Positions 1 through 1,258 of a DNA stretch of 1,258 bases are shown in pieces. The stretch lies in assembly GCF_003334385.1 (NCBI RefSeq), contig NZ_QOWN01000119.1. The stretch is one strand, 5' to 3'. The position numbers and the translations under genes were made by a program. The stretch comes from Escherichia coli. GTDB lineage: Bacteria > Pseudomonadota > Gammaproteobacteria > Enterobacterales > Enterobacteriaceae. Position 1 is the stretch's first letter. Each line of letters starts with the position of its first letter. The notes under the pieces were generated by a model that saw nothing but the letters and a program-made list of their open reading frames with translations, was not told the DNA's origin and did not search any database.

Positions 1-1258
<1,258 letters not shown>

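Overview
The whole 1258-bp window is one apparently intact IS3-family insertion sequence, and nothing in it supports a novel biological system. It has 26-bp imperfect terminal inverted repeats with 5'-TG...CA-3' tips and two overlapping transposase frames. orfA (73..384) encodes a 103-aa protein with a helix-turn-helix region and a leucine zipper. orfB lies in the -1 frame (open from 201, stop at 1248..1250) and carries an intact DDE(35)E + K integrase core. A canonical A-AAA-AAG slippery heptamer at 333..339 sits in the orfA/orfB overlap, in the correct phase to produce an OrfAB fusion transposase of about 392 aa. From memory, the ends and the OrfA sequence closely resemble IS911-like elements of Enterobacteriaceae; this needs a database check. 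The window begins and ends exactly at the element tips, so there is no flanking DNA, no visible target-site duplication and no cargo gene. The findings are the regulatory details of this element: the frameshift signals, a probable indigenous promoter in the left end, and an outward-facing -35 hexamer in the right end.
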